From the IMG/VR virus record IMGVR_UViG_2913192161_000007, positions 1-33,263 of that record: a DNA stretch of 33,263 nucleotides. One strand, written 5' to 3'. The position numbers and the translations under genes were made by a program. Shown here in pieces: positions 6,861-16,848 of this stretch (position 1 is the first letter of the stretch; each line of letters starts with the position of its first letter). Under the pieces are notes generated by a model that was not told the DNA's origin, did no database searches, and was given only the letters and a program-made list of their open reading frames with translations. This DNA comes from a virus. Taxonomy: Duplodnaviria; Heunggongvirae; Uroviricota; Caudoviricetes.

Positions 6861-9271
6861 GTCATGCCGATATGAACAACTGCTGCGGCTTTAACGAGGC
6901 TGCCGCAGCATTCTCATGGAACAGCCCGAAAAAGGCCATTAACCCTTATCTGGACCCGGCGGAAGTTGCGCCGGTTTCTGCGCTTTCAAACCTGATCACT
7001 CTGTACGCTGCCGATAACGAGCAGGAACAACTGCGCCGCGAGGCACTGAGTGATCAGGTCTGGGAGCGTTATTTCTTTAATGAATCCCGTGATCCTGTCC
7101 AGCGCGAAATGGAGCAGGATAAGCTAATTAGCCGGGCAAAGCTGGCGCATGAGCAGCAGCGTTTTAATCCGGACATGGTCATTCTGGCGGATGTCAACGC
7201 TCAGCCTTCCCATATCAGCAAGCCGCTGATGCAACGTATTAAATACTTCAGCAGCCTGGGCAGGCCAAAGGCTTATTCCCGCTATTTACGTGAGACGATT
7301 AAGCCATGTCTGGAACGACTGGAGCATGTACGCGACAGTCAGCTATCTGCATCTTTTCGCTTTATGGCAAGCCATGAAGGGCTGGACGGCCTGCTGATCC
7401 TGCCTGAAATGAGTCAGGATCAGGTGAAACGCCTGTCCACCCTGGTAGCTGCGCATATGAGTATGTGCCTTGATGCAGCTTGTGGTGATTTGTATGCCAC
7501 CGATGACGTTAAGCCAGAAGAAATCCGCAAGACATGGGAAAAGGTGGCAGCGGAAACCCTGCGTCTGGATGTCATCCCACCTGCGTTTGAGCAACTCCGT
7601 CGGAAAAGAAACCGCCGTAAACCCGTGCCCTATGAACTCATTCCGGGTTCGCTGGCGCGTATGTTGTGCGCCGACTGGTGGTATCGGAAATTATGGAAGA
7701 TGCGTTGCGAATGGCGGGAAGAGCAGTTGCGCGCTGTTTGCCTGGTCAGCAAAAAAGCATCTCCTTATGTCAGCTATGAAGCCGTGATGCATAAACGTGA
7801 GCAGCGCCGTAAGTCGCTGGAGTTTTTCCGTTCTCATGAACTGGTGAACGAAGACGGCGACACGCTGGACATGGAGGATGTGGTAAACGCCAGCAGCAGC
7901 AACCCTGCGCATCGCCGCAATGAGATGATGGCCTGTGTTAAAGGTCTGGAGCTTATCGCGGAAATGCGCGGTGACTGCGCCGTTTTCTACACTATCACCT
8001 GTCCGTCGCGTTTCCATTCCACGCTAAATAACGGCAGACCAAACCCGACCTGGACAAACGCGACGGTAAGACAAAGCAGCGATTATCTGGTCGGCATGTT
8101 TGCTGCATTTCGTAAGGCGATGCACAAAGCCGGGTTGCGCTGGTATGGCGTGCGGGTGGCTGAGCCGCATCATGATGGCACAGTTCACTGGCACCTGTTG
8201 TGTTTCATGCGCAAAAAAGACCGCCGTGCCATCACTGCATTACTGCGTAAGTTTGCCATCCGTGAAGACCGCGAGGAGCTGGGCAATAACACTGGGCCGC
8301 GCTTTAAGTCTGAGTTGATTAACCCGCGCAAAGGAACGCCGACAAGCTACATCGCGAAATATATCAGTAAGAACATTGACGGTCGTGGTCTGGCTGGCGA
8401 GATCAGCAAGGAAACGGGTAAATCTCTGCGTGATAACGCTGAATACGTGAATGCCTGGGCGTCTCTGCATCGTGTTCAGCAATTCCGCTTCTTTGGTATT
8501 CCGGGGCGTCAGGCTTACCGTGAACTTCGCTTGCTGGCTGGTCAGGCGGCAAGGCAACAGGGTGACAAAAAAGCAGGTGCGCCGGTACTGGATAACCCGC
8601 GTCTTGATGCCATTCTGGCTGCTGCTGATGCTGGTTGTTTTGCCACCTACATCATGAAGCAGGGCGGCGTACTGGTACCCCGTAAATATCACCTCATCAG
8701 AACCGCTTATGAAATCAACGAAGAGCCGACCGCCTATGGCGATCACGGCATTCGTATTTATGGCATCTGGTCACCCATTGCAGAGGGCAAGATCTGCACT
8801 CATGCAGTGAAGTGGAAAATGGTTCGTAAAGCCGTTGACGTTCAGGAGGCGGCAGCCGACCAGGGCGCTTGCGCCCCTTGGACTCGTGGCAATAACTGTC
8901 CCCTTGCTGAAAATTTGAACCAACCGGAGAAAGACAAATCAGCTGATGGGGATACCAGAACGGATATCACCCGCATGGATGACAAAGAGTTGCACGAATA
9001 CCTGCACAGTATGAGCAAAAAAGAGCGCCGGGAACTGGTAGCAAGGTTACGCCTGGTTAAACCGAAACGGCGTAAAGACTACAAACAGCGAATTACAGAC
9101 CATCAGCGACAACAGCTCGTCTATGAGCTGAATTCCAGAGGATTTGATGGCAGCGAGAAAGAGGTCGATTTGCTCCTTCGCGGTGGCAGTATTCCGTCAG
9201 GAGCAGGCCTGCGTATCTTCTATCGGAACCAGCGTTTGCAGGAAGATGATAAGTGGCGGAACCTGTATTAA
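6857..9271 (+). CDS. A: Replication initiation protein (P2 A-like rolling-circle nickase)
   Basis: 804 aa. HxH-type motif [10 protein letters not shown] and active-site Tyr motif YIAKYISK. Position after the early operon. Confidence 0.85.
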   Translation: MSHADMNNCCGFNEAAAAFSWNSPKKAINPYLDPAEVAPVSALSNLITLYAADNEQEQLRREALSDQVWERYFFNESRDPVQREMEQDKLISRAKLAHEQQRFNPDMVILADVNAQPSHISKPLMQRIKYFSSLGRPKAYSRYLRETIKPCLERLEHVRDSQLSASFRFMASHEGLDGLLILPEMSQDQVKRLSTLVAAHMSMCLDAACGDLYATDDVKPEEIRKTWEKVAAETLRLDVIPPAFEQLRRKRNRRKPVPYELIPGSLARMLCADWWYRKLWKMRCEWREEQLRAVCLVSKKASPYVSYEAVMHKREQRRKSLEFFRSHELVNEDGDTLDMEDVVNASSSNPAHRRNEMMACVKGLELIAEMRGDCAVFYTITCPSRFHSTLNNGRPNPTWTNATVRQSSDYLVGMFAAFRKAMHKAGLRWYGVRVAEPHHDGTVHWHLLCFMRKKDRRAITALLRKFAIREDREELGNNTGPRFKSELINPRKGTPTSYIAKYISKNIDGRGLAGEISKETGKSLRDNAEYVNAWASLHRVQQFRFFGIPGRQAYRELRLLAGQAARQQGDKKAGAPVLDNPRLDAILAAADAGCFATYIMKQGGVLVPRKYHLIRTAYEINEEPTAYGDHGIRIYGIWSPIAEGKICTHAVKWKMVRKAVDVQEAAADQGACAPWTRGNNCPLAENLNQPEKDKSADGDTRTDITRMDDKELHEYLHSMSKKERRELVARLRLVKPKRRKDYKQRITDHQRQQLVYELNSRGFDGSEKEVDLLLRGGSIPSGAGLRIFYRNQRLQEDDKWRNLY

Positions 9272-9364
9272 TTACGCTGATTAACAATTAATGCTCTAAA
9301 TAATAAGCACAGGATAAATCCTATTGATTTTAAAAAAACTTTTTACTTTAACGATATTATTATG

Positions 9365-9384
9365 TACTGTATGTAAAACCAGTG
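9365..9384. promoter_or_regulatory. LexA box (SOS operator) upstream of the Tum-like operon
   Basis: TACTGTATGTAAAACCAGTG: CTGT-N8-CCAG, one mismatch to CTGT-N8-ACAG, in AT-rich promoter-like sequence 46 bp upstream of the first ORF. Confidence 0.6.
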
Positions 9385-9429
9385 GTTAAGTATACAGTAT
9401 TATCTACCCACAGTGAGATAGGAGGGAAG

Positions 9430-9618
9430 ATGCAGGATTATTTTTTAGAGTCGTTGAAACTCCAGCGAATTGATTTTTTTCTTAAGCTTGTAGTGGCCAG
9501 TGAATGTAGTGATCAGGAAAAAGAGCTTGCGCTGCTTTGGATTTCAGAACTGACGGATGAACTCATGGCAAAAATCAGAACCCACGAATATAACCGCTCA
9601 ATGGATGTTGTTAACTGA
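9430..9618 (+). CDS. Small hypothetical protein, first cistron of the SOS-controlled Tum-like operon
   Basis: 62 aa from ATG 9430 with RBS ggaggg (ORF track begins at GTG 9382, inside the LexA box). Followed 10 nt later by the DinI-like gene. Confidence 0.45.
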   Translation: MQDYFLESLKLQRIDFFLKLVVASECSDQEKELALLWISELTDELMAKIRTHEYNRSMDVVN

Positions 9619-9628
9619 GGGGTAATTT

Positions 9629-9862
9629 ATGCGCATTGAAATAATGATCGATAAAGAGCAAAAAATTAGCCAGTCTACCCTGGACGCCCTTGAATCCGAG
9701 CTTTACCGCAATCTGCGCCCCCTGTATCCCAAAACGGTAATTCGCATCCGCAAAGGTAGCTCTAACGGTGTGGAACTGACCGGACTGAAACTGGACGAAG
9801 AAAAAAAACAAGTGATGAAAATTATGCAGCAGGTATGGGAAGACGACAGCTGGCTGCATTAA
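9629..9862 (+). CDS. DinI-family protein (Tum-like antirepressor candidate)
   Basis: 77 aa, MRIEIMIDKEQKISQSTLDALESELYRNL...VWEDDSWLH, the DinI-type pattern. RBS gagggg. Located after the replication gene as tum is in 186. Confidence 0.75.
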   Translation: MRIEIMIDKEQKISQSTLDALESELYRNLRPLYPKTVIRIRKGSSNGVELTGLKLDEEKKQVMKIMQQVWEDDSWLH

Positions 9863-10063
9863 GAAACGTTGCTGGCGTCTGAACTTGCTTCTGGCGTCAG
9901 CAAGGTTGAACAATGAGCTGTACAAGGCGTTAGCCGCCCTCAATGCGGACAGATAACGAAAAGGCCGGAGAGGATTCAATTTCGTGAAGGGTTAGGCGTG
10001 GGAAGCCCCTAGCAAGCGGCAGGCTTTTTGCTATGATGGTTTCTTTTTCTCAGGAAAAAGGCA

Positions 10064-10723
10064 ATGGACATCATTCAGTTACTTGAAGTACTGAAGCCCG
10101 CTAAAGACGTGGTAACGGTACAAATTGCGAGTCAAAAGGAGCCACTGACTCCATGGTTTGACCTCGCAAAAGCGGTTCTGCCAGCTGCGGCAACTGCTTT
10201 TGTTGCATGGCGGGCCATGAATCGTTCACACCGCCAATTTGAAATCACCTCAAAACGGCAAGCAGCTGAATTCGACAAAAATATTGCGCAGCAAACCAAA
10301 GCACTGAAAGTGCAAACTCAAATTGCTACGGAAATTGAGATAAAAAAAGAAGAATGTCGGAACGTGCGGGAATCATGTGCCCAGTATCTATCCTTAGCGC
10401 TTGAATCTAATAGGTACAAAGACGATTATAACCTTGCAATGGATTACATTCTTAAGGGTAATAACGATTTTATTGATAAGAGAAATGTAGCACATGAAAG
10501 CTACATTACATCATCGCATCGTACCCTTTCAGCAAGGTTGTTATTGATGACATACCTTAATCCTGAAACCTCACCTTCCTTCTTTGAATCAATCAAGAAT
10601 GTCGATGCATTGCTGATTTCGTCAGGGCCAAACTTCGGTGGTGCCGTAGGTAAATGCCTTGCGGAATGCCGGATGTACATAGAGAAAAAACAAGCCGAAA
10701 TATCTACAATCTCAACAGAATAA
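10064..10723 (+). CDS. Hypothetical membrane-anchored protein, cargo gene at the tin/old-equivalent locus
   Basis: 219 aa, RBS aggaaaaagg. One hydrophobic segment (LAKAVLPAAATAFVAWRAM) followed by a charged, helical-looking region. No motif recognised. Confidence 0.6.
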   Translation: MDIIQLLEVLKPAKDVVTVQIASQKEPLTPWFDLAKAVLPAAATAFVAWRAMNRSHRQFEITSKRQAAEFDKNIAQQTKALKVQTQIATEIEIKKEECRNVRESCAQYLSLALESNRYKDDYNLAMDYILKGNNDFIDKRNVAHESYITSSHRTLSARLLLMTYLNPETSPSFFESIKNVDALLISSGPNFGGAVGKCLAECRMYIEKKQAEISTISTE

Positions 10724-10994
10724 ACGCTTACTCTGGATGGACATCATCGTCGGACAAACTGGCAAAGGGTTCACCCCTTCTCATTGCCATGATGTAGTAA
10801 TACCACCGCCCGGCGATGTTGGGCGTTCAAACTCTAACCAAAAACAGTCATCATAAGCCCTTCCAAACCAATAGCCGTCGCTATATTGCTACGCCCGCTG
10901 AACAAATAATTATTCCCTGTTTGATTAAAGGCGCACAGGTGCATGTCTATGCCGCATGAATCCGCATGATCGTTTGAGGATCTTTTTAGCTCAG

Positions 10995-11018
10995 GCCCGC
11001 CAGGAATGGCGGGCTTTT
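10995..11018 (+). terminator. Rho-independent terminator
   Basis: Perfect 7-bp stem GCCCGCC / GGCGGGC, loop AGGAAT, then TTTT. Confidence 0.6.
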
Positions 11019-11063
11019 GCTTATGTCATGCATGTGCATGAAAACCACTGCATAAAGCGGGCA

Positions 11064-11082
11064 GGCGTGGCGGGGATACGAG
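11064..11082. other. Putative cos cohesive-end site
   Basis: GGCGTGGCGGGGATACGAG; the first 13 nt match the 19-nt cohesive end I recall for 186/P2 (GGCG[T/A]GGCGGGGAAAGCA..). Lies between the cargo gene and the portal gene, where cos sits in P2-like phages. Confidence 0.45.
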
Positions 11083-11241
11083 CGCGCGCAACGGGGTAAA
11101 ATGGCCAAAATCCGGCACAGCCTCTGGCCCGCTGGCGGCCTCATTTAGTGGAGGGGGGAGATGTCAGGGCAAAAAGAAACGCCCCGCAGAATGCTGCTGA
11201 GGCGTTGTGAGAGTTGGTCGGTTATTGATGTTATGAGTATG

Positions 11242-12285
11242 TCAGCCTCGTTTGCCCTTAAGTCCTAAATCATAAGCTTCAAAACGGATCACCTCTTTAT
11301 CCAGCCAGCCATTCAGCTCCTGCAGTCGCTTTTGCAGTGGCATCAGTTCATTGCGGACGAAGACACGGCTCGCTTTTTCCACATCACCAAAGCCGCCAGT
11401 GTTGTTGGGAATGATGCCCATCATTTGCGGCGGTACGCGGTGAGCCGCCATCATGTCATCGCGGCTGACGTTCTTGATGTTCAGAAATTCATCCTTCGCC
11501 GCGACTTCCGACAACGGGATAATCTGAATGCCATCTTTTTTGCCGTTAGGCGAGTACATAAACAGGTTGCGGAAGTTGCCCGGTCCTTTAGCACTTTTCA
11601 TTGCCTTGCGGATGTTATTCACATCCTCCTGGTTCTGCGCGGCGTCGGTCATGTACATGATGAAGCCTGCATGACTGCCGTTAATGTAATACTTGCGGCG
11701 GAACAGCGTGGCAGACTCGTTGAGCAGGGCGGATGGAATAGCAGAAAGATAGCCGGGCAGGCCGTAGATCTCCTGATTAATGTCAGGTTCCATCAGATGA
11801 AAAATGCTGCCTTTCGTGAACTGATACGGTTGTGTGGTCATGCCATATTGCACAAACCAGTATGTTTCAAGGTCAAGCCCGCGCCGGGTGTATTTTGCCA
11901 GTGCAGGCTCCAGTGAAATAACTTCACCGAAACGGTTCGTGCGTTTCTCCAGGTAGGCGTTACCAAAAACCAGATAGTCCTGCACAAAACGGGTAAATGC
12001 CTGCTGGCTGAGAAGGCGATGTGGAATATAGGTACTGCTGATAATGTCACGCTTAACACTGATCGGGGAGCTGTGGTGCACGGCGGCGCGGAAGGTGCGC
12101 GCCAGTCCGTCAAAGCTGACGGGCGGCTCATACCAGCGATCCATCTGTACGCATTCCACATAGTCCAGCAGTTCGCGGCGGTCCAGTACAGGAATGGGAT
12201 CACCAAAGCTGAAAGCCTCCGCAACGGATTTTTTAGTTTCTTCTGCAGTTACGGTTTCGCCTGGCGCGATATGTTCTTTCATCAA
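11242..12285 (-). CDS. Q: Portal protein (P2 gpQ-like)
   Basis: 347 aa, immediately downstream of and overlapping the terminase large subunit. Size and position match P2 Q. Confidence 0.85.
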   Translation of the reverse strand: MMKEHIAPGETVTAEETKKSVAEAFSFGDPIPVLDRRELLDYVECVQMDRWYEPPVSFDGLARTFRAAVHHSSPISVKRDIISSTYIPHRLLSQQAFTRFVQDYLVFGNAYLEKRTNRFGEVISLEPALAKYTRRGLDLETYWFVQYGMTTQPYQFTKGSIFHLMEPDINQEIYGLPGYLSAIPSALLNESATLFRRKYYINGSHAGFIMYMTDAAQNQEDVNNIRKAMKSAKGPGNFRNLFMYSPNGKKDGIQIIPLSEVAAKDEFLNIKNVSRDDMMAAHRVPPQMMGIIPNNTGGFGDVEKASRVFVRNELMPLQKRLQELNGWLDKEVIRFEAYDLGLKGKRG

Positions 12286-14048
12286 AAAATCTCCACAATA
12301 TTGCTGGTATTGGCGGACTCGCCCTGCAGCGGTTCGTTAAACAGTGCGTGCATTGTTGCCCAGGCCAGATCGGCATGGCTGGCTTCTTCGCTGCGGCTGG
12401 CTTCATAGGTCGGGCGGTTGCCGCTGGCGGTGGTGGCGCGACGGATTGCCATAAATGACTGCGCAATGTCGGTGTGTCCGGCGTCAAACTCCAGACGACG
12501 GTGGCTGATAATGTCGTAGGCCTTGAGTACCAGGGCGTTTTTAACGTTGGGGTTGTAGACAAACTCCCGGACGGCAGGAAAGAACGCTTTCACGTTCTCG
12601 TAAACCCCGTGACCGACACCTGTCGAGTCGATGCCGATATAGGTCACGTTGTACTGTTCGGTCAGTTTTTTGATGGCGTCCGCCTGGGCGCGAAAGTCCA
12701 TCCCGCGCCACTGGTGACGCTCAAGAATGCGGAACTTACCACCCGGCACGGCTGGCGGTGCCACCACCACGCATCCGGCGCTGTCGCCGTTTTGCGTACC
12801 TTTTGCCGGGTCATAACCGATCCACACTTCGCGCCAGCCAAATGGGCGCAGGGCCAGTGCATGAAAGTCGGTCCAGACTTCCCAGCTGTCCACCATGCAT
12901 GCCTGCAGCTCGCTGAGCGGGAACACGGACGCGAGATCGTCCACAAACTCGCACATCAGCAGGTTCTGGTATTCGTCCGGGCTGTACTCCATGCGTAGCT
13001 GGTCGAGGTCGAACAGGTTACAGCCGCCGCGCACCGCATCTTCCACGGTGACTATCTGGCGGTACTGCCCGTCTGCGCACAGCAGGCCGGGGGCCAGATT
13101 GCTGTGGGACAGGTCGATGTCCACCTTGTCGGCTTTGTTGCGCCCACGGTTGAACAGCGCACCGGACCAGAACGGATAAGCACTATGGGTCAGGCTGGAT
13201 GGCGTGGAAAAATAGGTCTGTCGCCATTTCTTGTGAATAGCCATACCGGAAGCCACTTTACGCAGCTCCTGGAATTTCGGGATCCAGAAATATTCATCCA
13301 GATACAGGTTACCGTGATAACTCTGGGCTGTGCGGGCATTGGTGCCGAGGAAGTAAAGCGTGGCCCCGTTAGGAAGCACCATCGGATCGCCTTTCAGCTC
13401 CACCTCCACTTCTTTGGCAAAGTCGATGATGTACTGTTTAAAGACGTGGGCCTGTGCCTTACTGGCGGAAAGGAAAATCTGGTTACGTCCGGTCAGCAGG
13501 GCGTCAATCAGGGCTTCACGGGCAAAGTAAAAGGTCGCGCCGATCTGGCGTGACTTCAGCAGGTTGCGGATGCGGTTGGTTTTTCCGGCTTCCCACCAGT
13601 GGCGCTGGTAGTTGAACATGGAGGAATGGAAGATTTCTTCCAGCTTCTCAATCTGTTCATCGGTGAAAACATTCTTTTCCGGCTGACGGCGTGGGCCTTT
13701 GTTGCGGTTGGCGATGTTAGGGTTTAAGTCGGCTTCGTTGCCGCCATTGTTAAACTTGCCGATCCGCGCGTGGCGCTCCGACTGGCGCGCCAGCAGGTCA
13801 ATCTCTTTGAAATCTTTCCCTTCTTTGTGCTCCTTCATAATGAGCTGGCAGTAGCGTGCGGCGGTGGTGAGCTGCATCTGATCCAGCGGCCCATAGTCAC
13901 CCCACTTGTCGCGTTTTTTCCAGCTGTGAACGGTTGCAACTTTCTCGCCCAGCATTTCAGCAATGCGGGCGACGCGGTATCCCTGAAAGTACAGCAGCAT
14001 GGCCTGCCGACGGGGATCGAGATCTGCGGGTGTCAGTGTGGTGTTCAT
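12282..14048 (-). CDS. P: Terminase large (ATPase) subunit (P2 gpP-like)
   Basis: 588 aa, divergent from the O-N-M-L operon. Size and position match P2 P. Confidence 0.85.
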   Translation of the reverse strand: MNTTLTPADLDPRRQAMLLYFQGYRVARIAEMLGEKVATVHSWKKRDKWGDYGPLDQMQLTTAARYCQLIMKEHKEGKDFKEIDLLARQSERHARIGKFNNGGNEADLNPNIANRNKGPRRQPEKNVFTDEQIEKLEEIFHSSMFNYQRHWWEAGKTNRIRNLLKSRQIGATFYFAREALIDALLTGRNQIFLSASKAQAHVFKQYIIDFAKEVEVELKGDPMVLPNGATLYFLGTNARTAQSYHGNLYLDEYFWIPKFQELRKVASGMAIHKKWRQTYFSTPSSLTHSAYPFWSGALFNRGRNKADKVDIDLSHSNLAPGLLCADGQYRQIVTVEDAVRGGCNLFDLDQLRMEYSPDEYQNLLMCEFVDDLASVFPLSELQACMVDSWEVWTDFHALALRPFGWREVWIGYDPAKGTQNGDSAGCVVVAPPAVPGGKFRILERHQWRGMDFRAQADAIKKLTEQYNVTYIGIDSTGVGHGVYENVKAFFPAVREFVYNPNVKNALVLKAYDIISHRRLEFDAGHTDIAQSFMAIRRATTASGNRPTYEASRSEEASHADLAWATMHALFNEPLQGESANTSNIVEIF

Positions 14049-14094
14049 GGCACAAACCTACAGCCTTGAATGAAGGCTTTCCCCGCCTGCGGTT

Positions 14095-14112
14095 TGTGTG
14101 GTTGTCGGTACA
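14095..14112. promoter_or_regulatory. Late-promoter activator site (TGT-N12-ACA) in the P/O divergent region
   Basis: tgtGTGGTTGTCGGTaca. Centre is about 55 bp from the P start codon and about 88 bp from the O start codon. Confidence 0.55.
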
Positions 14113-14190
14113 AATACCGCGCATTGTTTCACTGCCCCCATCACCGCAACCATAAGGCTCCAGTAAGTTTTTTCTAACGGAGCACGGCTC

Positions 14191-15024
14191 ATGACAGTGA
14201 AAGCAAAGCGTTTTCGCATCGGGGTGGAAGGTGCCACCACCGACGGACGCGAAATCCAGCGTGAATGGCTGGAACAGATGGCAGCCAGCTACAACCCGGC
14301 GGTGTATACCGCGCTGATTAACCTTGAGCACATCAAGTCTTATCTGCCGGACAGCACCTTTAACCGCTACGGCAAGGTGACGGCGCTGTTTGCTGAAGAA
14401 ATCACGGAAGGTCCGCTGGCAGGCAAGATGGCGCTGTATGCCGACGTTGAGCCAACGGAGTCCCTGGTGGAACTGGTGAAAAAAGGCCAGAAATTATTCA
14501 CCTCTATGGAAGTCAGCCCGAAGTTCGCTGATACGGGCAAAGCCTACCTGGTCGGCCTGGCTGCCACTGATGACCCTGCCAGTCTGGGTACGGAAATGCT
14601 GACATTCAGCGCCAGTGCAGCCCATAACCCGCTGGCAAACCGCAAGCAGAATCCTGCCAATCTCTTTACCGCTGCAGAGGAAACGGTGATCGAACTGGAA
14701 GAAATCCAGGAGGACAAGCCGTCCCTGTTTACCCGTGTCACGGCGCTGTTCACCAAAAAAGAGCAGTCCGACGATGCCCGGTTCTCTGATGTGCATAAGG
14801 CCGTGGAGCTGGTCGCCACTGAGCAGCAGAACCTGAGCGCACGCACCGAAAAATCCCTGTCTGAGCAGGAAGAACGCCTGTCTGAGCTGGAGACTGCTCT
14901 GCAGGAGCAGCAAACCGCCTTTAACGAACTGGTGAATAAGCTGAGTCATGAAGACAGCCGCCAGGACTACCGCCAGCGTGCAACAGGCGGTAACGCCCCC
15001 GCTGACACTCTGACCAATTGCTGA
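14191..15024 (+). CDS. O: Capsid scaffolding protein (P2 gpO-like)
   Basis: 277 aa, RBS ggag. First gene of the rightward head operon, followed by the major capsid gene. Confidence 0.85.
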   Translation: MTVKAKRFRIGVEGATTDGREIQREWLEQMAASYNPAVYTALINLEHIKSYLPDSTFNRYGKVTALFAEEITEGPLAGKMALYADVEPTESLVELVKKGQKLFTSMEVSPKFADTGKAYLVGLAATDDPASLGTEMLTFSASAAHNPLANRKQNPANLFTAAEETVIELEEIQEDKPSLFTRVTALFTKKEQSDDARFSDVHKAVELVATEQQNLSARTEKSLSEQEERLSELETALQEQQTAFNELVNKLSHEDSRQDYRQRATGGNAPADTLTNC

Positions 15025-15040
15025 TGGAGCATAAAACCCG

Positions 15041-16099
15041 ATGAAGAAGAATACCCGCTTTGCTTTTAACGCTTACCTGCAGCAGCTGGCGCGTCTGAAC
15101 GGTGTGGCAGTTGAAGAACTGTCCAGCAAGTTCACCGTGGAGCCGTCCGTGCAGCAGACGCTGGAAGACCAGATCCAGCAGTCCGCCGCTTTCCTGACGC
15201 TGATTAATGTCACCCCGGTGACTGAACAGTCCGGTCAACTGCTGGGGCTGGGTGTTGGTAGTACCATTGCCGGAACCACTGATACCTCCGCGAAAGAGCG
15301 TGAACCCGTCGATCCGACGCTGATGGTCGATGTGGAATACAAATGCGAGCAGACCAACTTTGACACGGTGCTGACCTACGCGAAGCTGGATCTGTGGGCG
15401 AAGTTTCAGGATTTCCAGGTGCGTATCCGTGACGCCATCGTAAAACGTCAGGCACTGGACCGCATCATGATCGGCTTTAACGGCGTGAAGCGTGCGAAAA
15501 CCTCCAACCGTAGCGAAAACCCGCTGCTGCAGGATGTGAACAAAGGCTGGCTGCAGAAAATCCGTGAGGATGCACCGGATCACGTCATGGGCAGCACCAC
15601 CACGGGCGGTGAAACCACACCGGGCGCAGTGAAAGTCGGCAAAGGTGGCGAATATGCCAACCTGGACGCCGTAGTGATGGATGCCGTTAATGAGCTTATC
15701 GACGTGGTCTACCAGGACGATGACGATCTGGTGGTGATTTGCGGTCGTGAACTGCTGTCTGACAAGTATTTCCCGCTGGTCAACAAAGAGCAGGAAAACA
15801 GTGAAAAACTGGCTGCAGATATGATCATCAGCCAGAAACGCATGGGTGGCCTGCAGGCCGTGCGTGCGCCGTTCTTCCCGCCGAATGCGCTGCTGATCAC
15901 CCGTCTGGATAACCTGTCCATCTACTGGCAGGAAGACACCCGCCGCCGTTCAGTTATCGACAACCCGAAACGTGACCGGATTGAAAATTTTGAATCCGTT
16001 AACGAAGCCTACGTGGTTGAGGACTACCGCTGCGCCGCACTGGTGGAAAACATCCAGATTGGCGACTTCAGCGCCGCCGCAGCAGAAGCCGGAGCGTAA
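15041..16099 (+). CDS. N: Major capsid protein (P2 gpN-like)
   Basis: 352 aa; size and order as in P2. Confidence 0.9.
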   Translation: MKKNTRFAFNAYLQQLARLNGVAVEELSSKFTVEPSVQQTLEDQIQQSAAFLTLINVTPVTEQSGQLLGLGVGSTIAGTTDTSAKEREPVDPTLMVDVEYKCEQTNFDTVLTYAKLDLWAKFQDFQVRIRDAIVKRQALDRIMIGFNGVKRAKTSNRSENPLLQDVNKGWLQKIREDAPDHVMGSTTTGGETTPGAVKVGKGGEYANLDAVVMDAVNELIDVVYQDDDDLVVICGRELLSDKYFPLVNKEQENSEKLAADMIISQKRMGGLQAVRAPFFPPNALLITRLDNLSIYWQEDTRRRSVIDNPKRDRIENFESVNEAYVVEDYRCAALVENIQIGDFSAAAAEAGA

Positions 16100-16102
16100 A
16101 CC

Positions 16103-16753
16103 ATGAGCCTGAGTCCCGCACGGCAGCATCGCCTGCGCGTTCAGGCTGAACAGGCCGCCCGCGAGGGCGGCAGCGTTCGCCACGCGTCGGGCTATGACCT
16201 GATGCTGCTGCAACTGGCGGAAGACCGCCGCCGTCTCAAGGGTGTTCAGTCCACGGTCAAAAAAGCGGAAATCAAGGTGGAGCTGCTGCCGAAGTACGCC
16301 GCCTGGGCAGAGGGTGTCCTGGCTGCCGGAGGCGCTCAACAGGATGACGTGCTGATGTACGTGATGCTGTGGCGCATTGATGCCGGAGATTATGCCGGGG
16401 CGCTGGAGATCGGGCGTCATGCCCTGCGTCATGGCTGGGTGATGCCGCTGGGTAACCGCAACGTGCAGACCGTGCTGGCAGAGGAAATGGCAGACGCGGC
16501 GCAGAGCGCAATGCTTGCCGCCACCGGCTTTGATGCCGATCCGCTGCTGCAGACGCTGGAGCTGACAGACGGTCTGGATATGCCGGACCAGTCACGGGCA
16601 CGTCTGCATAAAGCGATTGGCGCGGTCCTGAGTGAAAGCAATCCGGCGTCCGCCCTTAATCATCTCAACCATGCGTTACAGCTCGATCCCCGCTGTGGCG
16701 TGAAAAAAGACAAACAGCAGCTGGAGCGCAGACTGCGCAATGACAGCTGCTGA
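16103..16753 (+). CDS. M: Terminase small (endonuclease) subunit (P2 gpM-like)
   Basis: 216 aa; P2 order O-N-M-L. Confidence 0.8.
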   Translation: MSLSPARQHRLRVQAEQAAREGGSVRHASGYDLMLLQLAEDRRRLKGVQSTVKKAEIKVELLPKYAAWAEGVLAAGGAQQDDVLMYVMLWRIDAGDYAGALEIGRHALRHGWVMPLGNRNVQTVLAEEMADAAQSAMLAATGFDADPLLQTLELTDGLDMPDQSRARLHKAIGAVLSESNPASALNHLNHALQLDPRCGVKKDKQQLERRLRNDSC

Positions 16754-16848
16754 CAGAACGTGCCCCCGCGCACGGGCGGCACGGGGTGGCGAAAGGCACA
16801 GCCACATCAAAACCCCGTCCACCGCCCTTTATATCAGGAGAAAGCAGC

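Noticed and set aside
7343-8746. Internal and antisense ORFs within replication gene A (e.g. 7691..8017 -, 8240..8746 -, 7470..7787 +)
   Set aside because: Contained inside the 804-aa A reading frame, which has clear rolling-circle initiator motifs; no independent signals.
9386-9401. Second LexA box next to the first
   Set aside because: Contains a good right half-site (ACAG, 9394-9397) but the corresponding left half is GTGG rather than CTGT; too degenerate to call.
9869-9903. 9-bp stem / 17-nt loop hairpin immediately after the DinI-like gene as a terminator
   Set aside because: Not followed by a T-tract (next bases GGTTGAAC), so not a canonical intrinsic terminator. It may be an RNA structure or protein-binding repeat but I cannot support a call.
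12019-13553. Plus-strand ORFs inside the Q/P region (e.g. 12474..12998, 13104..13553)
   Set aside because: Antisense to the portal and terminase large subunit genes, which are long, contiguous and syntenic with P2.
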